64,000 nucleotides of DNA from Stegostoma tigrinum (Eukaryota): assembly GCF_030684315.1 (NCBI RefSeq), contig NC_081367.1, forward strand, positions 19,202,792 to 19,266,791. The letters run 5' to 3'. Shown in pieces: positions 39,671-50,775 of this stretch (within the stretch, counting starts at the first letter, position 1; each line of letters begins with the position of its first letter). The notes beneath the pieces were generated by a model, which saw only the letters and a program-made list of their open reading frames with translations, was not told where the DNA came from and searched no databases. The translations under genes were made by a program, and so were the position numbers.

Positions 39671-40537
39671 ACAGTTTAAATATACCATATAACATGGTAA
39701 TTACAACATTTCAAGATATTGTTTATATGAAGTGTGCGTTGAAACATCTCCGAAATCATGAGATGAAAATGTCCTCTATTCTATCACTGGCAGCTGGGCC
39801 TCATGAGAATTTTCTAAATTTTGAATTTCATGAGACAAGCAAGAAATTTCCTGTGCCTCTCAAGGTGAACAATTAGCTGCCTGTGGAAATCAAAATGCTG
39901 CAGCACATTCTTGCACACACGCAAATCCCTGGCCATGTAAAATCCAGTGCAATGGCAATCAGGTGCTGTCAGCGGCACTAATTCAACCCAGCAACTCTTG
40001 TTATTTTCTAATCAATCTGTTCAGCACGTGGACTCCTGGCTCAAAGGTAGGGACAGTACCACTGCATCACAAACGCCTTCCCATCAACCCGTAATCTGTG
40101 CTTGTCTATTAAACTGGAGAACTGTTTCACCCGTGGGCGGCAGTGTGTTTTGATTCCCGTCATGCCCACCCTATAAGAACGGCGTGCATTGTTATAGTGC
40201 CTTTTACAATGTGAAACATTCCAAGCATGCTGTCAAACAAAATTTGGCAGAGGGATTACCAATGCAGAATGCCTTTCTGAGTGTATCTTTACAGACAGGA
40301 TTCCAGATTTTGAATAAATGCCGAGCCTTAGATGTTGTCAAAATGCAAGATTATACCAGTAAATCATTTGTCTTTAGTGTTCTATGACAAGTAACAAAGA
40401 GAATTGGCGGTGGCGAGAGGAGTAAATATACTTGGGGGCAGTTGGGGCGAAGGACATAAACTCACAAATATCCTTTCCTTTGCAGAACTCTAGTAATTAG
40501 CAGGAGACACGGTAGCAGGGATGTGTTCCGTTATTAC

Positions 40538-40792
40538 CTGTGTTGTTCGCGTCTTCATGAGCTGTGTCTGCACGGACAATGACGGGGCGCCGTCCCGGTT
40601 TACAGAGGAGCCGGGCCTCGTCGCTGTGACCTGGAGCTCGGAGCTCACTGTAGCTCGGCTCTGCTCTGTCCTCCCGACATTCTTCTTGCTGTGCTCCCAA
40701 GTATGGGATACCTCTGTTGCAGACCTGGGACTTCTCTGACACGACCTTGCAGGTTCGGAGCGACGACAATCGGTGACTTTCCAGGATGCCAT
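40538..40792 (-). CDS. Candidate first coding exon of the USP18-like gene (MASWKVTDCRR...KTRTTQ, 85 aa)
   Basis: CpG-rich region; ATG in good context (gttATGG) about 60 nt downstream of an ISRE; CAG|gtaata donor, phase 0. An alternative gtgagt donor lies at 40465. Confidence 0.45.
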
Positions 40793-40854
40793 AACTGCAG
40801 CTCTGAAATATTTACAGAAGCTGCGGTCTTTGTCATCGTTTCAGAACAGGGAGA

Positions 40855-40866
40855 GAAAGCGAAACT
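40855..40866 (-). promoter_or_regulatory. ISRE upstream of the USP18-like gene
   Basis: GAAAGCGAAACT, which reads AGTTTCGCTTTC(TC) on the minus strand; exact ISRE consensus AGTTTCNNTTTC in a CpG-rich region. Confidence 0.75.
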
Positions 40867-41189
40867 CTCCGTTCCTGTTGCTTGGCACAACTGAAGCTTA
40901 GCGACACGCACCACTGCAAATGCAACCTCCAGAAATGCACACCATTCACTGATTTACTTTATTGTCACATTTCCAGCAACCTTTTTTATCGCCTAAAAAA
41001 ACTTCGCAAACAGGGCAAGATTTCGAACTAAAGCTAAGGAAATTAGTACTGTAGGGCTGACTGCTTGTTTTGGCGCGGGAGGGTACACTGATTGTGATTG
41101 CCAGAACTAACGTGACCCACACAGTAACGTTACTTACTTACAGAAGTTTGCTTGGTTTTTAAGGCTGACGAAGTTGAGACAGAGTCCTA

Positions 41190-42370
41190 GAGTCACAGAT
41201 CGGAATCAGTCACAGCACGGAAACACACCGTTCACTCCTATTCGTCCAAGCCGACTCTGTAGCCTAAATTACTCTAGTCCCATTTGCCAGCGTTTGGCCC
41301 TCATCCCTTCCTATTCATGTAAGTATCCAGATGTCTCTTAAATATTGAAATTGTACCAGCCTCCGCCACTTGCTCTGACATTTCGTTCCATAGAGGCACC
41401 ACCCGCGGGAAAAAAAGTTGCCCCTTAGGTTCCTTTTAAATCTTGCCCATCTCACCATAAACCATACCCTCAGGTTTTGGATTCCTCTACCATGGAGGAA
41501 AAGGCCTTGGCTGTTCACTCTGCCCATGACCCTCGTGGTTTTAAAAACTGCTGTAAGGTCATCCTTCAGCCTTTGACACTCCAGGGAAAATAGCCCCAGC
41601 CTATTCAGCCTCTCCCTATAGCTCAAACCCTCCAACCCTGGCAGCATTCTTGTTAATCTTTTCTGAACCCTTTCAAGTTTCACAACATCCTTCCTATAGC
41701 AGGGAAACCAGAACTAAACAGAGTACTCCAAAGTGGCCTAACTAATGTACTGTACAGCCACAGCACGACCTCCCAACTGTTATACTCGCTGCACTGACCA
41801 ACAAAGGCAAATGTACCAAATGCCTCAGATAACAAAGTGTGAAGCTGGATGAATTATCCCATTATCACTGTACTAAATGCCTTCTTCACTGTCCTGTCTA
41901 CCTAGGACTCCACTTTCAAGGATCTATGAGCCTACATTCCAAGGTCTCTTTGTTTAGCAACACTCCCCAGGACCTTATTATTAAGTATATAAGCCCTCCC
42001 CTGATTTTCCTTTCTGAAATGCAGTACCTCTCATTCGTCAAAATTAAACTTCATCTGCCACTTCTCAGCCCATTGACCCATCTGATCAAGGTCCCATTGT
42101 GCTCTGAGATAACTTTCTTGGCCCTCCACTATACTACCAATTTTGGTGCCATCTGCAAACTTCCTAACCATACCTTCTACATTCACATCCAAATCATTTA
42201 TATAAATGACAAAAAAGAGTAGACCCAGCACCAATCCTTGTGGCACACAGCTGGTCACAGACCTCCTGTCGAAAAAGCAACTCCACCACTTCTGTCTCCA
42301 CCTGTCAAGCCAGTTATGCATCCAAATGGCTAGTTCTCCCTGGATCCCATGTAATCTAACCTTACTTATT
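41190..42370 (-). mobile_element. CR1 LINE RT and 3' end
   Basis: ORFs KLERVQKRLTRMLPGLEGLSYRERL and SCVPQGLVLG...KFADGTKIG. Contains a 43-bp Penelope micro-insert (41826-41868) flanked by tgtac(c/t)aaatgcct. Confidence 0.88.
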
Positions 42371-43966
42371 GTAGGTGCACACACAATGACTGTAGAGCTC
42401 TTGTGGTACAGTGGTAATGTCCATATCTCTGAGCCAGATGGCCTGGGTTCAAGTACCACCTGTGTAAGACGTGTGTAATACTATTTCTGAATGGGTAGAT
42501 TTTTAAAAATCTGCACCGTGCCTTTAGGAGAGAGTTCCAAGCATAGGACCGGTGATTGTATTTCAACATCAGGATGGTGGGAACTTGCATGTGGTGGTTT
42601 TGCCATGAATCTGCTGCTCCAGTCCTTCTGAATGGTAGTAATCATGTGTTTGGAAGATGCTGCTTAAAGAAAATTAAGGAGTTGTTGTAATTATCTTGTA
42701 GGTAGTACATGCTGCTGCCACTGTGCATCAGTGGTATATGGAGTAAATATTTGTGGATGTGGTGCCAGGGTGAAGTTGTGATCTAATGGTAATGTCACAG
42801 GACCAGTAATCTTAAACCCCAAGCTGAAGTTCTGGGGACCTACTTTCAAATCTCCCAGGGCAGATGATGAAATTTTAATTCTTTTAAGAGAACAAAGCCA
42901 GATTAATGGCAACTATGCAACCACTGCCAATTGTCACAAAAATACCTGTTTGGTTCACAGTGACCGATAGGTAAGGAACTCTACTATCCTCAACTGGTTA
43001 GGCCTATTTCTGACTCCAGACCCTCAGCAATGTGGTTAACTCTTAGGGATGGGCAACTGACCAGTGACACTATATTTTATGAATGAATAGAAGAAAAGTG
43101 TGAGGGGCAACCAAAGCTGGCCTTGAGGTGAATGAAGGGGGATCTCATAGACATTTAAAAAATTCTAATAGAATGAAACAGTTTAGATGTGGGAAGGATG
43201 TTCCCAATGTTGGGTGAGTCCAGAACCTGGGGTCATAGTTTAATAGTAAAAAGACTGAGAAAACATTTCTTCACCCAAAGAATAGTAAGCCTGTGGAATT
43301 CATTAACACCAAAAGTGATTGAGGGCAAAACATTCAGTTCTCAAGCATGAGGTAGATATAGCTCTTGTGGCGAAAGGGATCAAGTAATATGGGGCAGAGT
43401 GGGATTAGGGTACTGAGTTCCGTCGTCAACTATAATCATGTTGAATGGTTGAGCAAGCTAGAGGGGTCGAATGGCCTGCTCCTGGCTTGTATATTTTTTC
43501 TGTTTCAATGCCATACCACATTAAAGCATGAAATTACATACAAGTCAGCGCCAAGAGAATTAATAAAGTGTGTAACTACTGTCGCTATTGATATATATGT
43601 ATAAACACCAATTGAACAAAACTCTCCCTTATATAGTCATAATGTTTTCCAATGTCAGCAGCTCCGAATCAAAATCCACAATAATAAAACTGTAAATAAT
43701 CAAGCCACTATGCCTCAACCAGGGTTGCAGTGTGGAAAATACAGATTACCTTTCCAAACACGGCAATTTTTTTTTCTTTATTCACTTGTGTCAGTGAAAG
43801 CCATAGGCTGGGCCAGCATTTATTGTCAGTCACGAGTTGCCCTTCAGAAGGCGGTGGTGTGCAATATTTTATTGTGTTATGAGATGGCCTTAATGCTGTA
43901 AAGCACTTCTCAATTTATTAAGGGGATTTGACATGGAGCAAATTGAGGAAGTTGTTTTCAGTCGCA

Positions 43967-44036
43967 AGCCAATGAGTTCGTTTAGTACTTTTCTTCAATC
44001 AGGCTGACCAAAATCAAAAGTGAAACTGAATGCACC
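43967..44036 (+). promoter_or_regulatory. UBL copy 1 promoter: CCAAT box and IRF-E/ISRE-like element
   Basis: AGCCAATGAG (CCAAT at 43969-43973) and AAAAGTGAAACT at 44016-44027, about 90 nt before the ATG. Confidence 0.65.
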
Positions 44037-44119
44037 AACGGTATTTGCAATTGATCTTGAAAACTACGCACCAAATAGATTGCAAGTTCCAGTCTATACA
44101 GACAGATACAGGCCGGAAA

Positions 44120-44264
44120 ATGGGGAAAATCTATGAAGTATTTGTGCTGGGATTGAAAGGGGAAAGAATAACTGTTGATGTTTCACAATCTGAGACAGAA
44201 TTTCACGCAATGCCCGTTCACAAGTTTAAGGAGCTCTTGCTGAAGAAAATCCCTGGAGGAACAG
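44120..44264 (+). CDS. Single-domain ubiquitin-like protein (PGG type), copy 1, exon 1
   Basis: aaaATGG start; MGKIYEVFVLGLKGERITVDV aligns with ubiquitin MQIFVKTLTGKTITLEV; G|gtacat donor, phase 1. Confidence 0.88.
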
Positions 44265-44512
44265 GTACATGGGCAATAATTGCATAAAAGAGTAGCCTTG
44301 TCAAATTCGTAACAATAATCAGCTAAAGAATCGAATGGTTAATCACATCGCCTGGTGGTACGGGTTGAAAATTAAACTGCATGATACCGATTCAAATCGG
44401 TGGATTTTTAAGCGTCTACTCCAAACATTAGAATTTAGCTTTCCGGAGGGATGCGGGGTCTAAATCTATTTAAATTTAACATTGGAATAAGAACTAACCA
44501 TAGTGTGTACTG

Positions 44513-44794
44513 GTGATAATGGAAACTGCAGATGCTGGAGAATCCAAGATAATGAATCCAGCATCTGCAGGTCCCATTATCACTGATTCCAGCATCTGCA
44601 GTTCCCATTATCACTGATTCTTGGATTCTCCAGCATCTGCAGTTCCCACTATCACTGATACAATTTTAACCACACTGCGAAGACTCTTCCAGGGATGCAC
44701 CCTCTCAGATGAAGGGTCTAGGCCCGAAACGTCAGCTTTTGTGCTCCTGAGATGCTGCTGGACCTGCTGTGTTCATCCAGCCTCACATTTCATT
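44513..44794. mobile_element. Rearranged mini-Penelope insert in the UBL intron
   Basis: Inverted and triplicated Penelope terminal segments; 13-bp direct repeat atagt(g/a)tgtactg at 44500-44512 and 44795-44807. Confidence 0.75.
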
Positions 44795-44864
44795 ATAGTA
44801 TGTACTGAGTTTTTTTTCAGATTTGTTTATTCTTCTCCGTTTCTCTTTGTGTTTTATGGATTAG

Positions 44865-45037
44865 CCGGGGCAAACGAATTGCGCCTTCTTTTTGCCGAAA
44901 AACATTTGGAGGATAACAAAACATTCTCTGACTACAACATCAAGGATCAATCAACAATCCTTTTGGTGTTACGTCTGCCCGGTGGAGTGGTACAGAGAGA
45001 AGGTTTCGGAGGCCTTATCATACTGCTTAAAAAATGA
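44865..45037 (+). CDS. Ubiquitin-like protein copy 1, exon 2 (...[52 protein letters not shown])
   Basis: Polypyrimidine tract and ttag acceptor, phase 1. Aligns with ubiquitin [36 protein letters not shown]. Spliced CDS is 318 nt (105 aa). Confidence 0.92.
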
Positions 45038-45276
45038 CATTCCAATTACCTGATGGATCTGTCCAATCGAACTCTGAAAACCCGAAATCGCTATGTTATT
45101 CGAGGAAGCTGACATTACCGAAATGTTAACGTCACTGCGTGTTAATTACTTTAGAAATATCTTTCATAGCATTAGTACGTATGTGCTATGATAAATCACA
45201 ACTTGTATTTTAACATTGAGCCTGTAGAAGAGCTTGTTTATTTGTTCTCTCCTCATAAGTGATCTTTTGTATTCCT

Positions 45277-45282
45277 AATAAA
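45277..45282 (+). terminator. Polyadenylation signal of UBL copy 1
   Basis: AATAAA 240 nt after the stop, followed by T/GT-rich sequence. Confidence 0.55.
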
Positions 45283-45959
45283 TTTCACACATTGGCAATT
45301 TATATAATTATGATGATTTGTTTTAGTTTTACAGTGTTGGGTAGTGGCTCAGTGGCTTGTCCAGCCTTTATGGAGGGTCAGTTAAGAAACAATCTAAGTT
45401 ATCTGGTTCTGGAGTGATATGTAAAGGCAGGCACTTTTCCTTTCTAAATGTTGACTGAAAGAGATGGCTTTTTAAAAAAAAGTTGACAGTTTTATGGTGA
45501 CCGTTGCTAAAACTGACGTTTAATTCCAGATTCATAATGAATGTTCCAAATTTAAGCTCATCATATGTGATTAACATACAAGTAGATTGGCTGGCAGCAG
45601 AAAACAAAGAGTATGCATAAACCAGAGATCAGCAAGATGTGATGTGTGGGGTCCTGCAATTATCTACGCTGAGCCGTTTTCACAACCTCAATCAGTGATA
45701 TAGTTGGGGATTGAAGGAATAGTGGCAGATGACATAAAGCAAACGAGGAAAGCATATTGTGAAGAGGTAATAGGAACTGCAAATGCTGGCGAATCTGAGA
45801 TAACAAGGTGTAGAGCTGGATGAACACAGCAGGCCAAGCAGCATCTTAGGAGCAGGAAGCTGATGTTTCGGGCGGAGACCCTTCATCAGAAATGGGGGAG
45901 GGGAAGGGGGTTGTGAAATAAATAGGGAGAGAGGGAGATGAGGATTGAAGATGGCATAA

Positions 45960-46830
45960 CAAGGCTGCAGAGGCTGTATATAAGTTGAGCAAATGAGCAA
46001 AAAATTGGCAAATACAGTATAATGTAAATATAATAGAAAAATATGAAGTTGTTCATTTGGGAAAAATGAATGTAAATGCGTGTATAATTATATATTATAT
46101 AAATGGAGAACTGCGCACAATTACAAGTTACAGAGGGACCTAGATGTTCTTGACATGTCACAAAAAGTTTGTATGCAAGTAGAGCACGTGATTAAGAAAG
46201 TTAATAGAATGATATTCTTCATTATGAAAAAATTTGAACATAAGGCTAAAGATGTGATGTTTCAGTCATACAGAGCATTAACAAAGCATCATCTCAAACT
46301 CTGTGAGGTTTCCGTCTCCTTACTCAAAGACGGATGCAAATGCATTTGGAGGCAGGTCAGAAAAGGTTTATTAATTTGAGACCTGGAAAGAGCAGGTTAT
46401 CTTATCGGAAAGATTTGGCAGATTGGCTTCTTTTCACTAGAAATTAAAACAGTGAGGGATGATTTGATTGAAGTCTTTAAGATCCTGGATGATCTTGACA
46501 AGGTGGCCAGGAAAGGATTTTGTAGGTGAGTGCAGAACTAGGGGACACTGTTTAAAATTAGGGCTTGATCTTTGAGGACAGGGATGAGGAGAATTTTTTT
46601 CTCTCAGAATGTTCTCAGACTTTTGAACACATTATCTCAGGAGGTGGTGGAAGTGTGTCATTGAATATTGTTAAGACAGATATGGATAGATCCATGTTAG
46701 GCAAGGTATCAGTGGTTATTGGAATAAATGGAAATGTGGAATTTGGATCATGAATGGATCAACTACAATCTGTTAATGGTAGAGCAGCTTGAAGGATTGA
46801 TGTCTACTTCTGTTCCTGTTTGGTATCTTT
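45960..46830 (+). mobile_element. Old CR1 3' fragment (duplicated at about 54760-55630)
   Basis: QRDLDVL...VEHVIKKVNRM and gatttgattgaagtctttaagatc are CR1 3' motifs. Confidence 0.7.
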
Positions 46831-49800
46831 GTACGTATATTCGTACTTTGATTTATACTTCCGTCCCACACATTTGCTTGAACATTAAGAATACTAGTCC
46901 AGTGGCATTTGCACTACACTACAGCTGATGAAAATGATGATAACAGTCTATAGCATTTTGAGATTCTAAAATCCAACTGCAAAGTGCACAGACTTAGACT
47001 CAAGAAAGGAACGGTTCATATTGCATGAAACCTAAATCCTAAATACTGACTTTGTCACGGAATAAGTTCAGTGATTAGAAAGTTGTTTTCTTTGATATAT
47101 GCCAGAATCATAACTAGCAAGTCTTCAGGAAAGAAAATCTGGATCTTCGGGGAGCAGCAATCATCATTAAATTTCAGCTCCACTCAAACTTATACCCTGA
47201 TTCAATGTTGCTTTGAGTTTCTTGCCACGTCTTGTGTGACCACCTTTCCGAGAAATGCAGAAAGCAACAACTTCTCAGAGAGCTCAGTCACAGTGGAATA
47301 GAGTTTGCTCCTCTTTTAATGCTCTGCTGGAATGGGTGCAAGGATAAATACATGAACATGAATAGGTAAGATAGATAAATGAGTATGATAAGTGGTCAAC
47401 TTGGTGAATTAAGTAGGTAGGTGGATTGGTAATGGCTGGGTAGGCAGATGTTTAAGGTGTTAGGCAAGTGGAGTGCCTAGGTCAAGGGTCAGTCAGACAC
47501 AGGGAGAAGGTGCAAACACCACACAGACAGTTGCCCAAGAGTGGAATTGAACCCAAGTCCTTGGTGCTGTGAGGCAACAGTGCTAAACACTGAGCCACTG
47601 TGAAGAAGCACAAGCAACAGAGACATTCAACAGTTCAGACTACATCTGCTGAGAAATTAGTCAAGTATAATGCACTGCATGTTGTATTTTGGAATAGATT
47701 CCAGATATGACAACTTTGTATCATTAAGACAGGTATATGACATCATAACATATGTCCTTCTGGAGTAAAAATGCAGGCCTCACTTTCACATTCTTTCTAT
47801 ATAATGGAGTTATTGTAGTCAATTAGTTATGTGTGTGTATGTGTACTGTAGTAACATCAACAAACACAGAACTTCAGATTTATTTGCACATCTGTGATAT
47901 TATTAGCCTGTCAAAAGATAATGTAAATAAACTTAAAGATATCTCGCTCAACAGAATCTGTTTATCGGTGGTTTATAGTACGCAGGGTAACATAAACTGA
48001 AAAGTACAAATAGCATCTTTGCTTATAATAATTTTGTCAACTGACTAATCATGATCTATCAATTGTTGCTCTTTTATCTGATGAATGTCTCTGTCATCTC
48101 TGTTTTTTCCTTTTGAATAATTGGCTATGATATTGACAAAGATGCATTTCCTGACCAGAGGGTTGGAGTTTTAGTCAACGCATCGGCACACATTTTTAAA
48201 AATGGGATGCCAATCAAGATGTCAGTGTAGAGGGGTGGTTTGAAGCAAACTACTGCTGATGCTAGCGTTCCAGGTCCCGAACCATGCAACTCCATGGTGG
48301 GGTTTGGGAAGGACGTTGAACTGATGCTTGACATTGCAATGAGTCAGATCAAAGGATGATGTCCGAATTCTGACTGACGAGTGGGTGCAACTACTGAGTG
48401 TTTGTGGAGGTGTTTTGGATGGAGTACTTCAATATGGGAGGGATGTTATGGGGTCTATACAAGGGAAGCAGGTAGTTTGGAGCATCAAGAGGGTACACCT
48501 GCTGGCCGTGCTGTAAAAGCAGTTATGTCTTCCCCAAAACTGTCTTTTCCTTCCAAGATCTAGGGAACTTGAATGGTCAGGATTCAATCTGCAAATGGAA
48601 GTTACCATATGATTGCAACCTCATTATTTCAATGACAACTCGCTTCCAGGGAGTGGGTTAGCTGCTCTCCATCTTGTGTTTTGCCTCAATTAAACCCAAA
48701 ATAAATGGTTGTTTCATCATCAGAGAAGAACAATTTAAAGACCATTATCCTCAAATTCCTCAGCTCATGGAAGAGTTGAGTGTAGTTATTCACTTCAAGG
48801 ATGTTGATGTTACTGGCAACGGCAGCCTTTATTGGCTCCCTCCTCATTTAAAATGTTCTGGTAGCCTTCTCTGTTGAACAGTTCCTGTGGTGTAGCTATC
48901 TTCACAGAGCTGTTGTGGAGAGTTTTGCTAGATTTCTATTAAGTTCAGATGAAGAAACAATGATTTATGCCCAAATCAGGACATAATGTAACTCGAAGAG
49001 GAATTTCGAGTGGTGAATATACCTATGCCCATCCAGAAGGGCTATTCTCCTGTTTTTATATATTTACATAGAATGGACTCAGAACAACCCCCAACCCAAC
49101 CCTTACATTTCCCTGGCCCTACTATCCCTATTCAGCTTCACTTGTACAATGACCATGTGTTGTTAGCCACAGCACAGTTTTATTTCATTCTCTGCAATGT
49201 TTGATGCATTGTAGCAACACATAGGCTTTATGGTCGATGGACTGCAATGACCAATACTATGGGTTATCTCCTAACTTACCAGGATTCCAAAAGTATTGCC
49301 ACTGAATTTCTAGGTTACTGCCATTTAAAATAAAACACACAAAATGAGGAGGAAATGTATAAGCCAATGTAATTTAATATATCCCTGTTAATTGAAGTGA
49401 ACTTTGAAATCAGGAACAGGGGAAAAAGAACTATGAAACAAATGCTATATGGGTGTAATCTTCATATCAAACAATCTCCAATTTCCATAAACACCAACTC
49501 TTACTGGAAAACAAAACCAGAGTAAGAGTGCCATTTCAAGTATTGTAGTCCTAGCTGAGAGTAATACTGCAGAAGTCAGCTGTCAAAGTAAAACCTGGCA
49601 TACATTACAAGTTTCATTTTTAATTTGTTTACTGTGGAGGTCAGTTCCTGTACATATTTATAAGGGGATGCCAATGTACTTTTAAAAAGAGAACATAAGC
49701 ATTTACTACAGTACAAAGAAAAAAAATCTTAAACTTCAGTACTCAAGTCAACAACAATTAGAATGATCTCATCACTTTAATATCAGCAATATCCTGACAA

Positions 49801-50277
49801 AAACTCAAACCTCAGTGAAAGGCTACTTTTATCACCCTGCTAAACCTTCTTGCTCAGTTGGCAGAGCTGCAGTTGTTTTCCACACAGCAAATTTCAGCAG
49901 TTATGCCTCTTCCCCCTGCATCAAATTGCTTTCAGTTTCTTTTCTCTCTCACTGGTGCAAGTAAAATTAAAGTATAGAAACACACAAAAAATTAGCTCCA
50001 AGCTGGCTTGCTGGTCATTTAGCAAATATCACATGACTTCTTGCTAATGCTGTTTCAAAATCAATGTTTTTAATTGGCTGAACATTTTGTAAAAAGTCAG
50101 ATCTTCACAGAACTGGAATCAAAAATCCATTTTCCCCATTTTAGAATCCAAGTTCTTAGATATTATGAAGCTTCATAAGTGCCTGTTTAATGGCTGACAC
50201 AGTCTGCACAGGTATGCACACACAGCAGAGGTAGACGTCACATGACTACAGAAAACCAACCATACACCAAGTAAAAG

Positions 50278-50775
50278 ATAATAAAATGTGAGGCTGGATG
50301 AACACAGCAGGCCCAGCAGCATCTCAGGAGCACAAAAGCTGACGTTTCGGGCCTAGACCCTTCATCAGAGAGGGGGATGGGGAGAAGGTTCTGGAATAAA
50401 TAGGGAGAGAGGGGGAGGCGGACCGAAGATGGAGAGAAAAGAAGATAGGTGGAGAGGAGAGTATAGGTGGGGAGGTAGGGAGGCGATAGGTCAGTCCAGG
50501 GAAGACAGACAGTTCAAGGAGGCGGGATGAGGTGGTAGGTAGGAACTGGAGGTGCGGCTTGAGGTGGGAGGAAGGGATGGGTGAGAGGAAGAACAGGTTA
50601 GGGAAGCAGAGGCAGACTGGGCTGGTTTTGGGATGCAGTGGGGGGAGGGGAAGAACTGGGCTGGTTTTGGGATGCAGTGGGGGAAGGGGAGATTTTGAAG
50701 CTTGTGAAGTCCACATTGATACCATTGGGCTGCAGGGTTCCCAAGCGGAATATGAGTTGCTGTTCCTGCAACCAC
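50278..50775 (-). mobile_element. Penelope-like 3' fragment (duplicated at about 59080-59617)
   Basis: Translates as LQEQQLIFRLGTLQPNGINVDF, the end of the GIY-YIG ORF, followed by the terminal region. Confidence 0.85.

Noticed and set aside
44030-44119. Upstream in-frame ATG extending UBL exon 1 (MHQRYLQ...)
   Set aside because: It abuts the IRF element and is probably upstream of the start site; the ubiquitin alignment and Kozak context favour ATG 44120.
44556-44660. CRISPR-like array of about 31-nt repeats
   Set aside because: Vertebrate DNA; the repeats are Penelope terminal sequence with no unique spacers and no cas genes.
44621-44864. N-terminal part of the 138-aa ORF 44621-45037
   Set aside because: It is read-through of intronic Penelope sequence; only 44865-45037 is exonic.
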